Assembly (NCBI GenBank): GCA_016463225.1
Contig: JAEMRT010000005.1
Location: 33,363 to 97,362, forward strand
DNA length: 64,000 bases
DNA from: Sphingopyxis sp.
Lineage (GTDB): Bacteria; Pseudomonadota; Alphaproteobacteria; Sphingomonadales; Sphingomonadaceae
Direction: 5' to 3'
Shown here: positions 49,502-59,400 of the stretch, in pieces
Layout of the letters: each line of letters opens with the position of its first letter
Position numbering within the stretch: the first letter of the stretch is position 1
Position numbers and translations under genes: made by a program
The notes under the pieces: generated by a model
Seen by the model: the letters and a program-made list of their open reading frames with translations, nothing else
Databases searched by the model: none
Told to the model about the DNA's origin: nothing

Positions 49502-49517
49502 TTTGTCATTTGACTCA
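49502..49517. promoter_or_regulatory. Candidate TetR operator
   Basis: TTTGTC-ATTT-GACTCA. Confidence 0.4.
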
Positions 49518-49816
49518 GATTAAAGAATGGGTAAATTCTTATCTAAGATCAATGATCTGAGGATCGATAACCATGCTGGTGCCACAACTCGCTGCGATGT
49601 CACGGGAAGGCGGAACGGAGCCGGCAGCGGGCGACCTTAGCCAACGACTTTCATCTCACCAGTGCCGATTCATGACAGGCAGCGCTTCATGGCCGGACCG
49701 GCGTCGTTAGTGATGCTAGGCAACTCCGATCAGAGAGAAGCTCTGGCCGCCGTTGACCTGTCTTTTTGCCCGCTTATCCATTCCCCCCGTACGTGGGCCG
49801 CGGCGGCGACTTGCTG

Positions 49817-50329
49817 ATGGGCATTGTCTGTACCGCGATCACGACAATGTTGGTCCTCGTGCTGCTCGGGGGCGCGGTCCATAAGATTGTGTCCGTCAGC
49901 CGGCTCGCGTCCGCCGCCGCCAAGTTGGCTGGAGTGCCTTTGGAGCTGGGGGGCATCCCCAGCTTCTCCTCTTTCTTATGCGAAATAGCTGCGGCCACGG
50001 CCATCCTCTATCCGCCAACCCGACACTTCGGTTTCGCGGCGGCGGCGGCGCTTTGGGGAACTTATGCCGCTCTTTCCTGGCGGGCTAATCGCAGAGGCGA
50101 AAAGTTTGACTGCGGTTGCTGCTTCACGCTGGCCGCCCCGCGGGGCGGCCGGTGGCCAATTTGGCGCTCGGCCATTCTGGCCCTGTGTGCGGCAGGTGCG
50201 GCTTTGTTGTCTGGCGACCCGGTTTTCGAACTACCGCCGCTTCTCGCCGGGATCGGCTTTCTCGGTCTGCTTTTCGCAGCCGACGGAATCGCCGCCGTTC
50301 CGCTCGCGGCCGGAAGATTGCCGGAATAA
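49817..50329 (+). CDS. MauE/DoxX-like redox-associated membrane protein
   Basis: GAVHK, a conserved Glu in TM2, RGEKFDCGC motif and about 5 TM segments. Confidence 0.75.
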   Translation: MGIVCTAITTMLVLVLLGGAVHKIVSVSRLASAAAKLAGVPLELGGIPSFSSFLCEIAAATAILYPPTRHFGFAAAAALWGTYAALSWRANRRGEKFDCGCCFTLAAPRGGRWPIWRSAILALCAAGAALLSGDPVFELPPLLAGIGFLGLLFAADGIAAVPLAAGRLPE

Positions 50330-50496
50330 GCCTCGTTTCCGCCGCGGCAGCTGGGAATTTTGCTAGGCTGATGTCTGTCGATGTGCTCGCGATGACAAGA
50401 ACGGCAATATGACGGGATTTCGCCCCGATAAGAACGGGCCCGAGCCGCCACGCTCGCGAGTTGCGCCGCACGCAACGACTTCGGCCGCTCCATTAT

Positions 50497-51498
50497 CTAA
50501 AATTCGACGTCGAGACGGATCGTATCAGAATAGTCGCCCGCAGGCGGCGTCGGCTGCGAGGGATCGATCCTGGCGCGATAGATAAAGGCTTGGCTAGTGA
50601 TCGAATCATAGATGCCGGCATTGTTGTCCGCGTTCGCGCTCGACCTGCGTTCTGCGCCCAGCAAGCCCCACCGATCTGTCCCGGACGACCCCTTGTAGAT
50701 GTCATAGGCCAGATAATTTCCGCCGCTCTGCAAGCGGCGCATGCTTCCCGAGGCGTGACTACCCCCGTCCAACCCGATCGTGTATGCCGAGCCGGCGCTG
50801 CAACGGATCTGAATTGTCTGGGCTACTGTCGCGAAACTGCCGGCGAGCGGCGCGGCGCCAAAATCCGCGTTGGGGGCTGCGATAATGCAGTCATTCTCGA
50901 CAGTCAGTTCGATATTGATCCGCACGGCGGTCCCGCTTCCCCAGTTGATCGGGACCAGCAGGGGAACGGGCCGCACAAATCCGGGGCTGGCTGAAAAGCT
51001 GAGGCATGCAGCGACCCCCAGCGAACAAACCGAATAATGCCATCGCAGATCGATGTGGCCAGTGTAGATGCCGGCGCGCAGTCCGGCGGTGGGCGTGGTA
51101 CGGATATAGAGAGGGATCGAATTATTCGTTCCGGAGAAGAGGCCGACGAGGCTGAGCGACGAGAGATTCTGGAAGCTTCCGACCGTCAGCGGCGTCCCGC
51201 CCGGCGTCAGCGAGACTGCGAACGCTATAGTCTTTCCGCCGGGCCCGCTAAGCTGAAATGTCGATCCGTCGACCGCGAGTCCGACATAATGCGGCGTCAG
51301 CGCTGCAAGCAATATGTCGCAGCTGAGACCCGAAGAGCCACTGCCTTGCTGGGCCGAATTCGCCGCGACGTAGGAGGAGGTGCTGCCGAGATTGCTGCTT
51401 GCGCTTGCAACCGTACAGGCAAGTGCCTGCGACGGCAGAAAAACGGTCGCGGCTGTCAACGCGGCAAGCGCAACGCTCAACTTGCATCGGGCAGGCAT
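50497..51498 (-). CDS. Csu-type fimbrial tip adhesin (two SCPU domains)
   Basis: Signal peptide; C...DFG...C...Y.I.LDGG; YDIYK; PAGDYSDT. Confidence 0.82.
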   Translation of the reverse strand: MPARCKLSVALAALTAATVFLPSQALACTVASASSNLGSTSSYVAANSAQQGSGSSGLSCDILLAALTPHYVGLAVDGSTFQLSGPGGKTIAFAVSLTPGGTPLTVGSFQNLSSLSLVGLFSGTNNSIPLYIRTTPTAGLRAGIYTGHIDLRWHYSVCSLGVAACLSFSASPGFVRPVPLLVPINWGSGTAVRINIELTVENDCIIAAPNADFGAAPLAGSFATVAQTIQIRCSAGSAYTIGLDGGSHASGSMRRLQSGGNYLAYDIYKGSSGTDRWGLLGAERRSSANADNNAGIYDSITSQAFIYRARIDPSQPTPPAGDYSDTIRLDVEF

Positions 51499-53831
51499 CT
51501 GATCTCTCCCAGGTCGATCACGGTATCCATCCGGTCGCGCGGTGCAGTGAACCGCGCGATGCATCGGGTCCCGTCCGGCAGCTCAATGGCAAGAGTGTTT
51601 TGGGGGGCGACGGCTTCGGCAAACAGCAAGCCATCCCAGCCGATATATGTCGGCTCTTCATCATTAAGTCGGGCCGGGGCGCCCGCCGGTATTGGTGCGC
51701 CTGCCGCGTCGGTGATCGTGGCGCGCGCGGCGGTCATTCTTTCGACGGGGAATCGCAGGACATGGCCACTTCCCCGCGCGACGGCGATGCGCTGGCTGAC
51801 AGTCGAAACCCTGACATTCGGTGGAAGGCCAAGCGGATCGATCTCATATTTTCCCGCGTAATATGCGCTCGCCCACGGCAGCAGGAGCTGGCCCTTCCGA
51901 TTGGTTCGCCCGACGAGCTGGTTTTCATAGCGTACGGGAATATCGGGCTCGCCCGTGTTGACGACGACGAATGCATCGGACGCCCGATTGGCGGCGAACA
52001 GGGCTCCGTCCATGAATATGAGCGAGCCGCTTGCTCCGGCCCACGCAGTTATGCCATCCGAGCCATAAGCGCCGCCACGCAGAAACAGGCTGTCGGTGCG
52101 CAGGCTTATATCTCCACGCAGGAAAAGATTCTCGCTTTCGGTTTGCAGCGCGCTTGCGCTCCAGCCCAGGCCCCCGTTGGAAGGCAGCGAGCGAGCGTAG
52201 TCGGCGCGCCAGCTTCGGCGTTGATCCGCCGTGTCTATGAGACCGGCGCTCAGATTTCCGCGTCGCCCTCCCAGGGGAATGGCGAAGCTGATTGCACCCG
52301 ACCAGCTCTTGTCGATCAGGTCATGCGTGGCATTCGCGTTGATCCTGCTTCCGTTCCAGAGCGGCAAGGTCCAGGAACCGTTGATGAGGCGGCTGTCGCC
52401 GCGATCGGCTCCGTCGATATCGAAGTAACCGACCCCAAGCGTGCCCCCGGGACCCAGCGCAAGGCTCAGCGTGGCGGAACTCACACGTCGCGCGCCCCAA
52501 TGGCTTGAAAGGCCAAGCGAGCCGAGGTCTGCATAATCCCGGCTTTGCCGACTGTGTTGCAACGATACCGAGAAAAAGCGGGATTGATAGTTGTAGCCGA
52601 GCATCAACTGGCTCCCGTCGCCATCACGTCCGAAGCTGCGGCTATAGGATCCACTGACGACGCCGCCATTCCCGAGTTTGATGACCGCCCCCCCCCCGGC
52701 CAGTTCGGTTCCGTTCGCGATCTCGGCGCGTATCTCCAGGGTCAGGCCGGGCGTGATGCCGTGGCGTGCCGAGGCACTGGCGCCGACACCGCCGTAGTCG
52801 AAGTTGCTGATGCCGTAATTATCCCGGAACGCTCCGAAGTTCAGTGCGAAATCGGTAAGGCCCGGCTGTAAAAGGTCGCTCGAAACATAGAAGGGCATGG
52901 CCGCTGCGATGCTGCGGCCATGCATGTCGGTGACGACGATATTGGCTTCACCTGCCCCGGTGATGAGGGGGAGGCCGCCGACTTCGAAAGGGCCTGGAGC
53001 AACCGCGCCTCCGCCCACGCGGCGCCCGCCGACAAGGAGATCGACCGTCGAGGGAAGGGCGGCAGTGCCGGAAAATTGCGGGAGGGGGTAGGTGACAATG
53101 TCGGGCCGCACCGAGAAGTCACGGGAGATCTGGATGCCTCCGAGCCGAACCGCGCTTGCCCAGGGAAGTCCCCGCGTGATGAAATCCCCGACCTCGATCG
53201 TGGTCGCGGTCGTCTCGTCCGAGCGTCGCCAGACCGTCTCGAAGCGGATATAGGGCTTTCGGTGCCCGCTGCGGATAGCGCCTGTCGTCGACACCGTGCC
53301 AGCGGCGCTGAAGAAGCGTGCTTCATGATAGAGCGAAGCCTGGGCTTTCCCGTCGCCGCCGCTCAGATAGATGTCATAATTGAGGAGAGCGCCAGTATCG
53401 TAGCTCGCCGGGACGAAGGCGCGCTTCTTGTCTCCCAGCCTTTGGTTCGGAAAGTAGGAGGGCGCTGCCGTAAGGATGAGTTGCTGCCGTGCGGCATCAT
53501 ATTGCGTGCCGATGCCGGGCAGCTCGTCGAGTGAGAGGTCCGCCTTTGGATGATCGACCAGAAGCCCGGCGCGCTTGAGGTCCGCAAGCGCGAGACGGAA
53601 ATGCGGGCCCTCTCTGGTCACCGGCGCGACGATGTTACTGCGCCGTCCATTGATAACAAGCTCGAGCATCAGCTTTTCGGCAGCGTCCGTAACGACGGTT
53701 TGCGGCGGCGGCGGAAGGTCGCCAAAGCCCGTTGCACTCGCGCTCGACGCACTGGCCATGGCCGGACATGTCGTTGGTGCGAGCGTGAGCGCTAGACAGG
53801 CCGAGCCCGCGCGGAAGAGGGGCAAAGCCAA
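51477..53831 (-). CDS. csuD: Csu-type fimbrial usher
   Basis: LLNYD, GDFIT, RLGGIQISRDFSVRPDIVTYP, PSTVD, LLQPGLTDF and a C-terminal Cys pair. Confidence 0.9.
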   Translation of the reverse strand: MALPLFRAGSACLALTLAPTTCPAMASASSASATGFGDLPPPPQTVVTDAAEKLMLELVINGRRSNIVAPVTREGPHFRLALADLKRAGLLVDHPKADLSLDELPGIGTQYDAARQQLILTAAPSYFPNQRLGDKKRAFVPASYDTGALLNYDIYLSGGDGKAQASLYHEARFFSAAGTVSTTGAIRSGHRKPYIRFETVWRRSDETTATTIEVGDFITRGLPWASAVRLGGIQISRDFSVRPDIVTYPLPQFSGTAALPSTVDLLVGGRRVGGGAVAPGPFEVGGLPLITGAGEANIVVTDMHGRSIAAAMPFYVSSDLLQPGLTDFALNFGAFRDNYGISNFDYGGVGASASARHGITPGLTLEIRAEIANGTELAGGGAVIKLGNGGVVSGSYSRSFGRDGDGSQLMLGYNYQSRFFSVSLQHSRQSRDYADLGSLGLSSHWGARRVSSATLSLALGPGGTLGVGYFDIDGADRGDSRLINGSWTLPLWNGSRINANATHDLIDKSWSGAISFAIPLGGRRGNLSAGLIDTADQRRSWRADYARSLPSNGGLGWSASALQTESENLFLRGDISLRTDSLFLRGGAYGSDGITAWAGASGSLIFMDGALFAANRASDAFVVVNTGEPDIPVRYENQLVGRTNRKGQLLLPWASAYYAGKYEIDPLGLPPNVRVSTVSQRIAVARGSGHVLRFPVERMTAARATITDAAGAPIPAGAPARLNDEEPTYIGWDGLLFAEAVAPQNTLAIELPDGTRCIARFTAPRDRMDTVIDLGEIRCLPDAS

Positions 53832-53835
53832 TATA

Positions 53836-54609
53836 TCAATCCGCGGCGGGCGCGATGACCTGCGCCTCCCCGCCGTTTATTCGTGCCATCAGCGTGCCGG
53901 GGGTCATTTCGTCGCCAACCGGCCAGCGCGCGCTACTCTTGGGCAGCACATAGCCGAGAAGACCGAAATCGATGGATTGTCTAGCGCCCTTGTGTTCGAA
54001 GGCGGCGTCGACGAGCCGGGCGTGGACACCGCCCGAGTTGACGATCTCGAGGAAGCGGCCGGATGCGTCGGTGCCGATACGCCAGGACAGGGCGGGCTGC
54101 GGCGCGAGCGTCGCGGGGTCATTCTTGGCCGCGACCATCGCCCGACCGTGAACGAAGAGCGGCAGCGAATAGCGCATGCGAAACTTCACGGCTGTGCCTG
54201 CGGACTCTCTCGCGTCGTTTACCGGTATTTCGTCGATGACAATGCGAAAGGATGCCTCGGGTACATCGACCGGAGGCGTCGTCCGTGTCAGACGGACAAG
54301 CTGCTTTTCGCCGGCTCTTATCGTGAAAAGCGGCGGGGTGCCGATCACCTCATCTTGCGGCGCATAGGCATTTTTCCCATCGACCTGGGCCCAGGCGTAA
54401 ACCCGGATTTGCATCGTTACCGGTTCTTTACCCGCATTCTCGAGCCAGAGCGCGGTCGCGGGCGCATCGGCTTTGATCTCTGGATTAACGGGCCAAAGAA
54501 GCACCGATCCCGGCTTTCGGGCATGAGCGGGGCTTGCGGCGCAGAAAAAAAGGCCGAGCACCACTGCCTCTACGATGGAGCGCAAGGGTGGGGGGATGCG
54601 CTTCACCAT
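53836..54609 (-). CDS. csuC: Csu-type fimbrial chaperone
   Basis: LWPVNP, LWLEN, QIRVYAWAQ, PP, QLVRL, FRIVIDEIP and RYSLPLF. Confidence 0.9.
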   Translation of the reverse strand: MVKRIPPPLRSIVEAVVLGLFFCAASPAHARKPGSVLLWPVNPEIKADAPATALWLENAGKEPVTMQIRVYAWAQVDGKNAYAPQDEVIGTPPLFTIRAGEKQLVRLTRTTPPVDVPEASFRIVIDEIPVNDARESAGTAVKFRMRYSLPLFVHGRAMVAAKNDPATLAPQPALSWRIGTDASGRFLEIVNSGGVHARLVDAAFEHKGARQSIDFGLLGYVLPKSSARWPVGDEMTPGTLMARINGGEAQVIAPAAD

Positions 54610-55166
54610 GAGAGAGTCACCGTTAGCGTATCGCTATAGGTTCCTGCAGACAGGGTGCCCGGCAAGGTCAGCGAGGCGTGGAGGGGGAGGGAAATATCCT
54701 CGCTGTTACTCGCCATGACTGCGATGCCGGTCGTGCTGCCGATGGTGATCGGCTGCGCACAGGCTGCATCGCGGCAGACGTTATAGGCAATTCTCGCGGC
54801 GGCATCGGATCCGCGCTGGAGGTGACGCACTCCGGACAAGGCATGTGCGCCTCCGTCTACCGCCATCAGCAGGGCGACACCGGGCGTGCACCGCAGGCGG
54901 ATGGCTTGGGTCGCCAGAACAGAGGCCGTATGCGTTGCGGTCGAAAGGCTGGAATCGCTTCCAAAGTCGAGCGTACCCATATGTCCCGCGTCGCCATCCG
55001 TTCCAAGTCCATCGACCAGGCAACCGGGTTCGATCCGGGCCGCGAGGTCGAACGTCGCAGTCGTCTCCGCCCGGACGGGGGTGCCGCCCTTGCACGCGAC
55101 CAGAACGGCAAGGGCGGCCAGCGCGTGGCGCTGAAGGGGGGTAAGCCGGACGTTCATGGCAGCCAT
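54603..55166 (-). CDS. Csu-type pilin subunit (SCPU domain)
   Basis: PGC, LDFG, CTPG, DGG and AGTYSDTLTVTLSW. Confidence 0.85.
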   Translation of the reverse strand: MAAMNVRLTPLQRHALAALAVLVACKGGTPVRAETTATFDLAARIEPGCLVDGLGTDGDAGHMGTLDFGSDSSLSTATHTASVLATQAIRLRCTPGVALLMAVDGGAHALSGVRHLQRGSDAAARIAYNVCRDAACAQPITIGSTTGIAVMASNSEDISLPLHASLTLPGTLSAGTYSDTLTVTLSW

Positions 55167-55191
55167 CCTGAAACCGAGGGTCTCGACGCGT

Positions 55192-55731
55192 CTAAAGTTC
55201 AAGAAGCACGGTTATCACGTCGCTGTAGCCGCCCGTCACGAGGCCTGCTGCACCGAACGCGCGGCCATAGATATTGACCGTCTGCAGCGCGCCGGTCGGC
55301 GCGAGTGGTACATCGCCGCCAATCGGAATGACCGTCGTGCGTCCCGCATCGGAGTAGAGATCATAGGTCACATACTGGCCTGCGGTGGCGTCGTGCGCCA
55401 TCGCCCGACTTCCCGTACCGGTGCCCTCGCCATCGTTCTCGCCAGCGTCGAAATGCAAGGTGGGCGCGATTCCCGGACTGCACTGGATCTCGATGCCGGT
55501 GCCGCCGCCCAGTATCTGACCGTCGGCTTCGGTGAAAAGCGTATTATGCGTGCCGAAGTCCAGCAGGCCGAAGTCGGCCGCGCTGCTCTGGTCGTCGTTA
55601 TCCTGACCGTTGATGATGCACCCTGCCGTGAGGGTGATGCTCGCGTCGACGGTGCCGGTAATATCGGCCTGGGCAGCGACCGAAAAACACGATGCGCACG
55701 CAACCAGCAGGAATATTCTCCTGAGTGCCAT
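55192..55731 (-). CDS. Csu-type major pilin (CsuA/B-like, SCPU domain)
   Basis: Signal peptide; AGC, LDFG, QCSPG, YDLYSD, IYGR and GGYSDVITV. Confidence 0.88.
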   Translation of the reverse strand: MALRRIFLLVACASCFSVAAQADITGTVDASITLTAGCIINGQDNDDQSSAADFGLLDFGTHNTLFTEADGQILGGGTGIEIQCSPGIAPTLHFDAGENDGEGTGTGSRAMAHDATAGQYVTYDLYSDAGRTTVIPIGGDVPLAPTGALQTVNIYGRAFGAAGLVTGGYSDVITVLLEL

Positions 55732-55799
55732 AAGGAAACCTCTCTCAATCTCGGCCGATAGTCCGGCAACCACTGCCCCACCAAAATCCGCCAAGAAGC

Positions 55800-55835
55800 T
55801 TGATAAAAATTTAACAGATGGCAAAGTTTTATCAA
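55800..55835. promoter_or_regulatory. Inverted repeat upstream of the csu operon
   Basis: TTGATAAAA-N18-TTTTATCAA. Confidence 0.4.
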
Positions 55836-56299
55836 ATGCCTTAAATTGAGCGTGAGAATGGCTCGTGGCGGCGGGTGAACTACCGGTGCTGGGCCAAGCA
55901 TTTACAGGGCCGGACGCTATGCTCTGACGCCGCGATCGCGCCGCCTCGTTGCGCACCTGTTCCCAGAGAAATTGCATTTTTTGGCGGTTTTCTAAGGGTG
56001 GTGTCGCCTCACACAGTGGGTGAATAGCGAGAGGTGGCGCGTGGGAGCCAGTACCGCATTCTCCGCGCAGCGATCTTTTGAGCGAATCAAATCTGCGACG
56101 AGCAGCGCGAACAAAAAACTGCCCACTTGACAAAAGTTGGTCAGTTGGCATAAATGCCGCCACGCGGTCGATTCGCATCCTTTGAGGTATCCGTCGTCGC
56201 CGGACGGGCCGTTCGCGAGCCAGCGCCTGTAGCAGCATCGTCTCCATGGTAGAGATTTGACATATGCTGCTGATTATAAACAATTAAAGTAAGGCACTA

Positions 56300-56319
56300 A
56301 TATAGTATCTTTACTATAT
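56300..56319. promoter_or_regulatory. Perfect palindrome in the AT-rich promoter of the DUF11 operon
   Basis: ATATAGTA-TCTT-TACTATAT. Confidence 0.45.
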
Positions 56320-56408
56320 ATGTAATATAATTTCTGCGAAATTACTTACGCAGTATAGATTATTCTATCTATTGATTGCAGAAATATGAGCTGCATAAGG
56401 GGTTTATT

Positions 56409-59400
56409 GTGTTTGTAGATTTTCAGTGCGCGTGGTCCCGGACCACGGGAGCAGTCTTGAATGGCATGCTTCTTTTGCTGTTCGTTTGCTGCGCGCTGTC
56501 AGCAGCATCTGCTCACGCGCAAACCGAAGTCTCCAACACGGCTCGGATCAGCCTCGGTTCGGGGGGCTCCGACACCGATCCCTCGAACAATGAATCCATC
56601 GCAACTGTTCGGGTCATAGCGCTTCCGGCCGTGACTTATGCGAAGAGCGTGACGACGCCGGCCGCGACGGTGAAGGTCGGCGATGTCCTGACCTACACAC
56701 TGACCGCAACGGTCGCCAATGCATCGACCACCGGCGTGCTGACGCTGACCGACACGCTCGGGTCCGGTCTCGACTTCGGTACGGTCACCGATGCGGGGGC
56801 GTTCAGCTGCAGCGCGGCGAACCCGCTGGTCTGCACGCTGCCCGCCGGCACCGCCGTGGGCAGCTATAGTCTGACTTACAGCGCCAGCGTCAACAATCAG
56901 GCGAGCGGATCGGTGACCAATGCGGTCGTCGGCACTGGCACCGACAACCCCACCTGCGCCGCCGGCTGCGACACCGATACGCCGGTTGCGCTTCCTGCTG
57001 TCACCTATGCGAAGAGCGTGACGGCACCGGCCGCGACGGTGAAGGTCGGCGATGTCCTGACCTACACACTGACCGCAACGGTCGCCAATGCATCGACCAC
57101 CGGCGTGCTGACGCTGACCGACACGCTCGGGTCCGGTCTCGACTTCGGTACGGTCACCGATGCGGGGGCGTTCAGCTGCAGCGCGGCGAACCCGCTGGTC
57201 TGCACGCTGCCCGCCGGCACCGCCGTGGGCAGCTATAGTCTGACTTACAGCGCCAGCGTCAACAATCAGGCGAGCGGATCGGTGACCAATGCGGTCGTCG
57301 GCACTGGCACCGACAACCCCACCTGCGCCGCCGGCTGCGACACCGATACGCCGGTTGCGCTGCCGACGCTGAGCGTGGCCAAGACATCCAACCCCGCTTC
57401 GGGAGAGATGGTCCAGATCGGGCAGATGATCGAATATGGACTTGTCGTTACCGTGAACGGCTCTGCCACCCTGGCGCCGGTAACGCTTGTTGACACGCCC
57501 GATGCCGGGTTGACGATCAACAGCTTGCCCTCTGGATGCATGACCATCGGCGCGACAATCTCCTGTACGCTCCCTGCGGGCATGCCGGTCGGGGCGCATC
57601 GCCTCAGCTATACCGCGACCGTCAACCAGAATGCCGGGACCGTTATTCGCAATCTCGTAACCGCGGCGGGTGGGGGCGGCACTTCGAATCCCTCCTGCGC
57701 CAGCTGCGCAACGGATCACAAGGTCGAGCTTCCGGAAATCCGGTTGACGAAATCGGCGGGTGTTCGTGAAGTGAAGATCGGGGACCTGGTCCGGTACACG
57801 CTGAGCATCGAAAACATCAGCGCACAGAATCTGGTCAACGCCAATATCGTTGATACGCCGCCCGCGGGATTCGGCTATGTCGAGGGCTCGCTCCAGATCC
57901 GTGACGGAGACAATGCCGGAAGCGTAACCGGCCAGAACCCGCTGCGTTTTGACGGCATCGATGTCCGTGCGGGTGAAAGCGCGACGATCGTCTATTTGAT
58001 GCGGGTCAGCGCTGGCGTCCGCTACGGATCGCATATCAACCGGGCGCAGGCCTACACGCCGGATAACCAGCCCATCTCCAACCCGGCCACCGCCGAGGTC
58101 GAACTGGCGGGAGATCCGCTGATCGATGAATCGCTGTTGTTCGGCACCGTGTTCAACGACCGCGATGAAGATGGCTGGCAGGACAGTGCCGGGCTGAGCG
58201 ATCTTCGCGTCCAGGGCGGGTTCGCAGCTGACGCCTATATCGCTGGCTCGACGACGATCGACCGCGGCGAGGGGCCGCAAGCCGTCGCGGACGCGAGCGC
58301 CCCGCTTCTGCATGGCATCGCATTCGATAAACTCAGTGCCCGCCAGTCCGTAGCGGATCCCGCCGAAAATCACCGGATCGTGATCCGCCAGCGTCTGCGC
58401 ACACTCGCGTTCGCCGGCGATTTCGTCCTCACCAACGCGCAGGGCGTGACCGTTCGCATGGATGCCGACGGCAAGCAGACCGTCGAGAAGCGCGGCGACG
58501 CCGCGAAGGGTCTCAACGGCGCTGCACCGACGGTCGAGCGCCGGATAGCCCAAGGCGAAGGCGGCTATGTTGTCGACTATATCGTCAGCAACGCCGGCAT
58601 CGACGAGCGGGGCATTCCGGGCGTGCGTATTGCGTCGGTCGAGGGGCTGTTGATCGAAACCGATCAATTCGGTCGCTACCATCTGGCGGGCGTCGCGGGC
58701 GGCCCGTGGGAGCGAGGACGCAATTTCATTCTGAAGGTCGATCCCGTCACACTCCCGCAGGGCGCCGCGTTCACGACCGACAATCCGCTGGTTCGTCGCA
58801 TTACCCCCGGTATCCCCGTGCGGTTCGACTGGGGTGTCAAGTTCCCGGCGGCGGTGATCGAGGGGCGTGTCGAGGACATCGAACTGGAACTCGGACGGTT
58901 GATCTTCGCGCCGTCCAGCGCCGAGGTGCGCGAACGCTACCTTCCGGTGATCGAGCGTATGGCCGAGAAGGTCCGCGAATATCGCCGCGGCGAGGTGGTC
59001 ATCGACGCCAATGGCGAGACCGAGGCGCTGGCCTTCGAGCGTGCCGAAGCCGTGAAGTCGGCGCTCCTTTCCCGCCTCGACGCGGAATCAGCAAAGAGCC
59101 TCACGGTTTCCGCGCGGGGCCGGGTCGACGATCCATCCTCGATGATCGTCGGGGTAACCGAAGGCGGCGCGCTGCTGGGAACCGTCCTGTTCGATACGGA
59201 CAAGTCCGACATCAAGCCGCAATTCGAGGCGCTGTTGGACAAGGTCGCGGCGCGGCTCGAGCAGATGGACGGCGGAAGCATCGCAATAGTCGGACACACC
59301 GATGTGCGCGCGTCCTTCGAATATAACACCGCGCTCGGAATGCGCCGCGCGAAGGCGGTCTACGACGCGCTCGCAAAGCACCTGAGTCCTGACGTTCGCG

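Noticed and set aside
55740-56400. c-di-GMP riboswitch or invertible phase switch upstream of csu
   Set aside because: I could not fit the riboswitch consensus by eye, and there is no recombinase or pair of long flanking inverted repeats.
56619-57356. Tandem repeat as a CRISPR array or mobile element
   Set aside because: The unit is 369 bp, in frame, has no spacers and encodes a protein domain.
56499-58682. 727-aa antisense ORF, and many similar long shadow ORFs elsewhere
   Set aside because: These are opposite-strand or off-frame ORFs expected from high-GC codon bias; the overlapping genes have clear family motifs.
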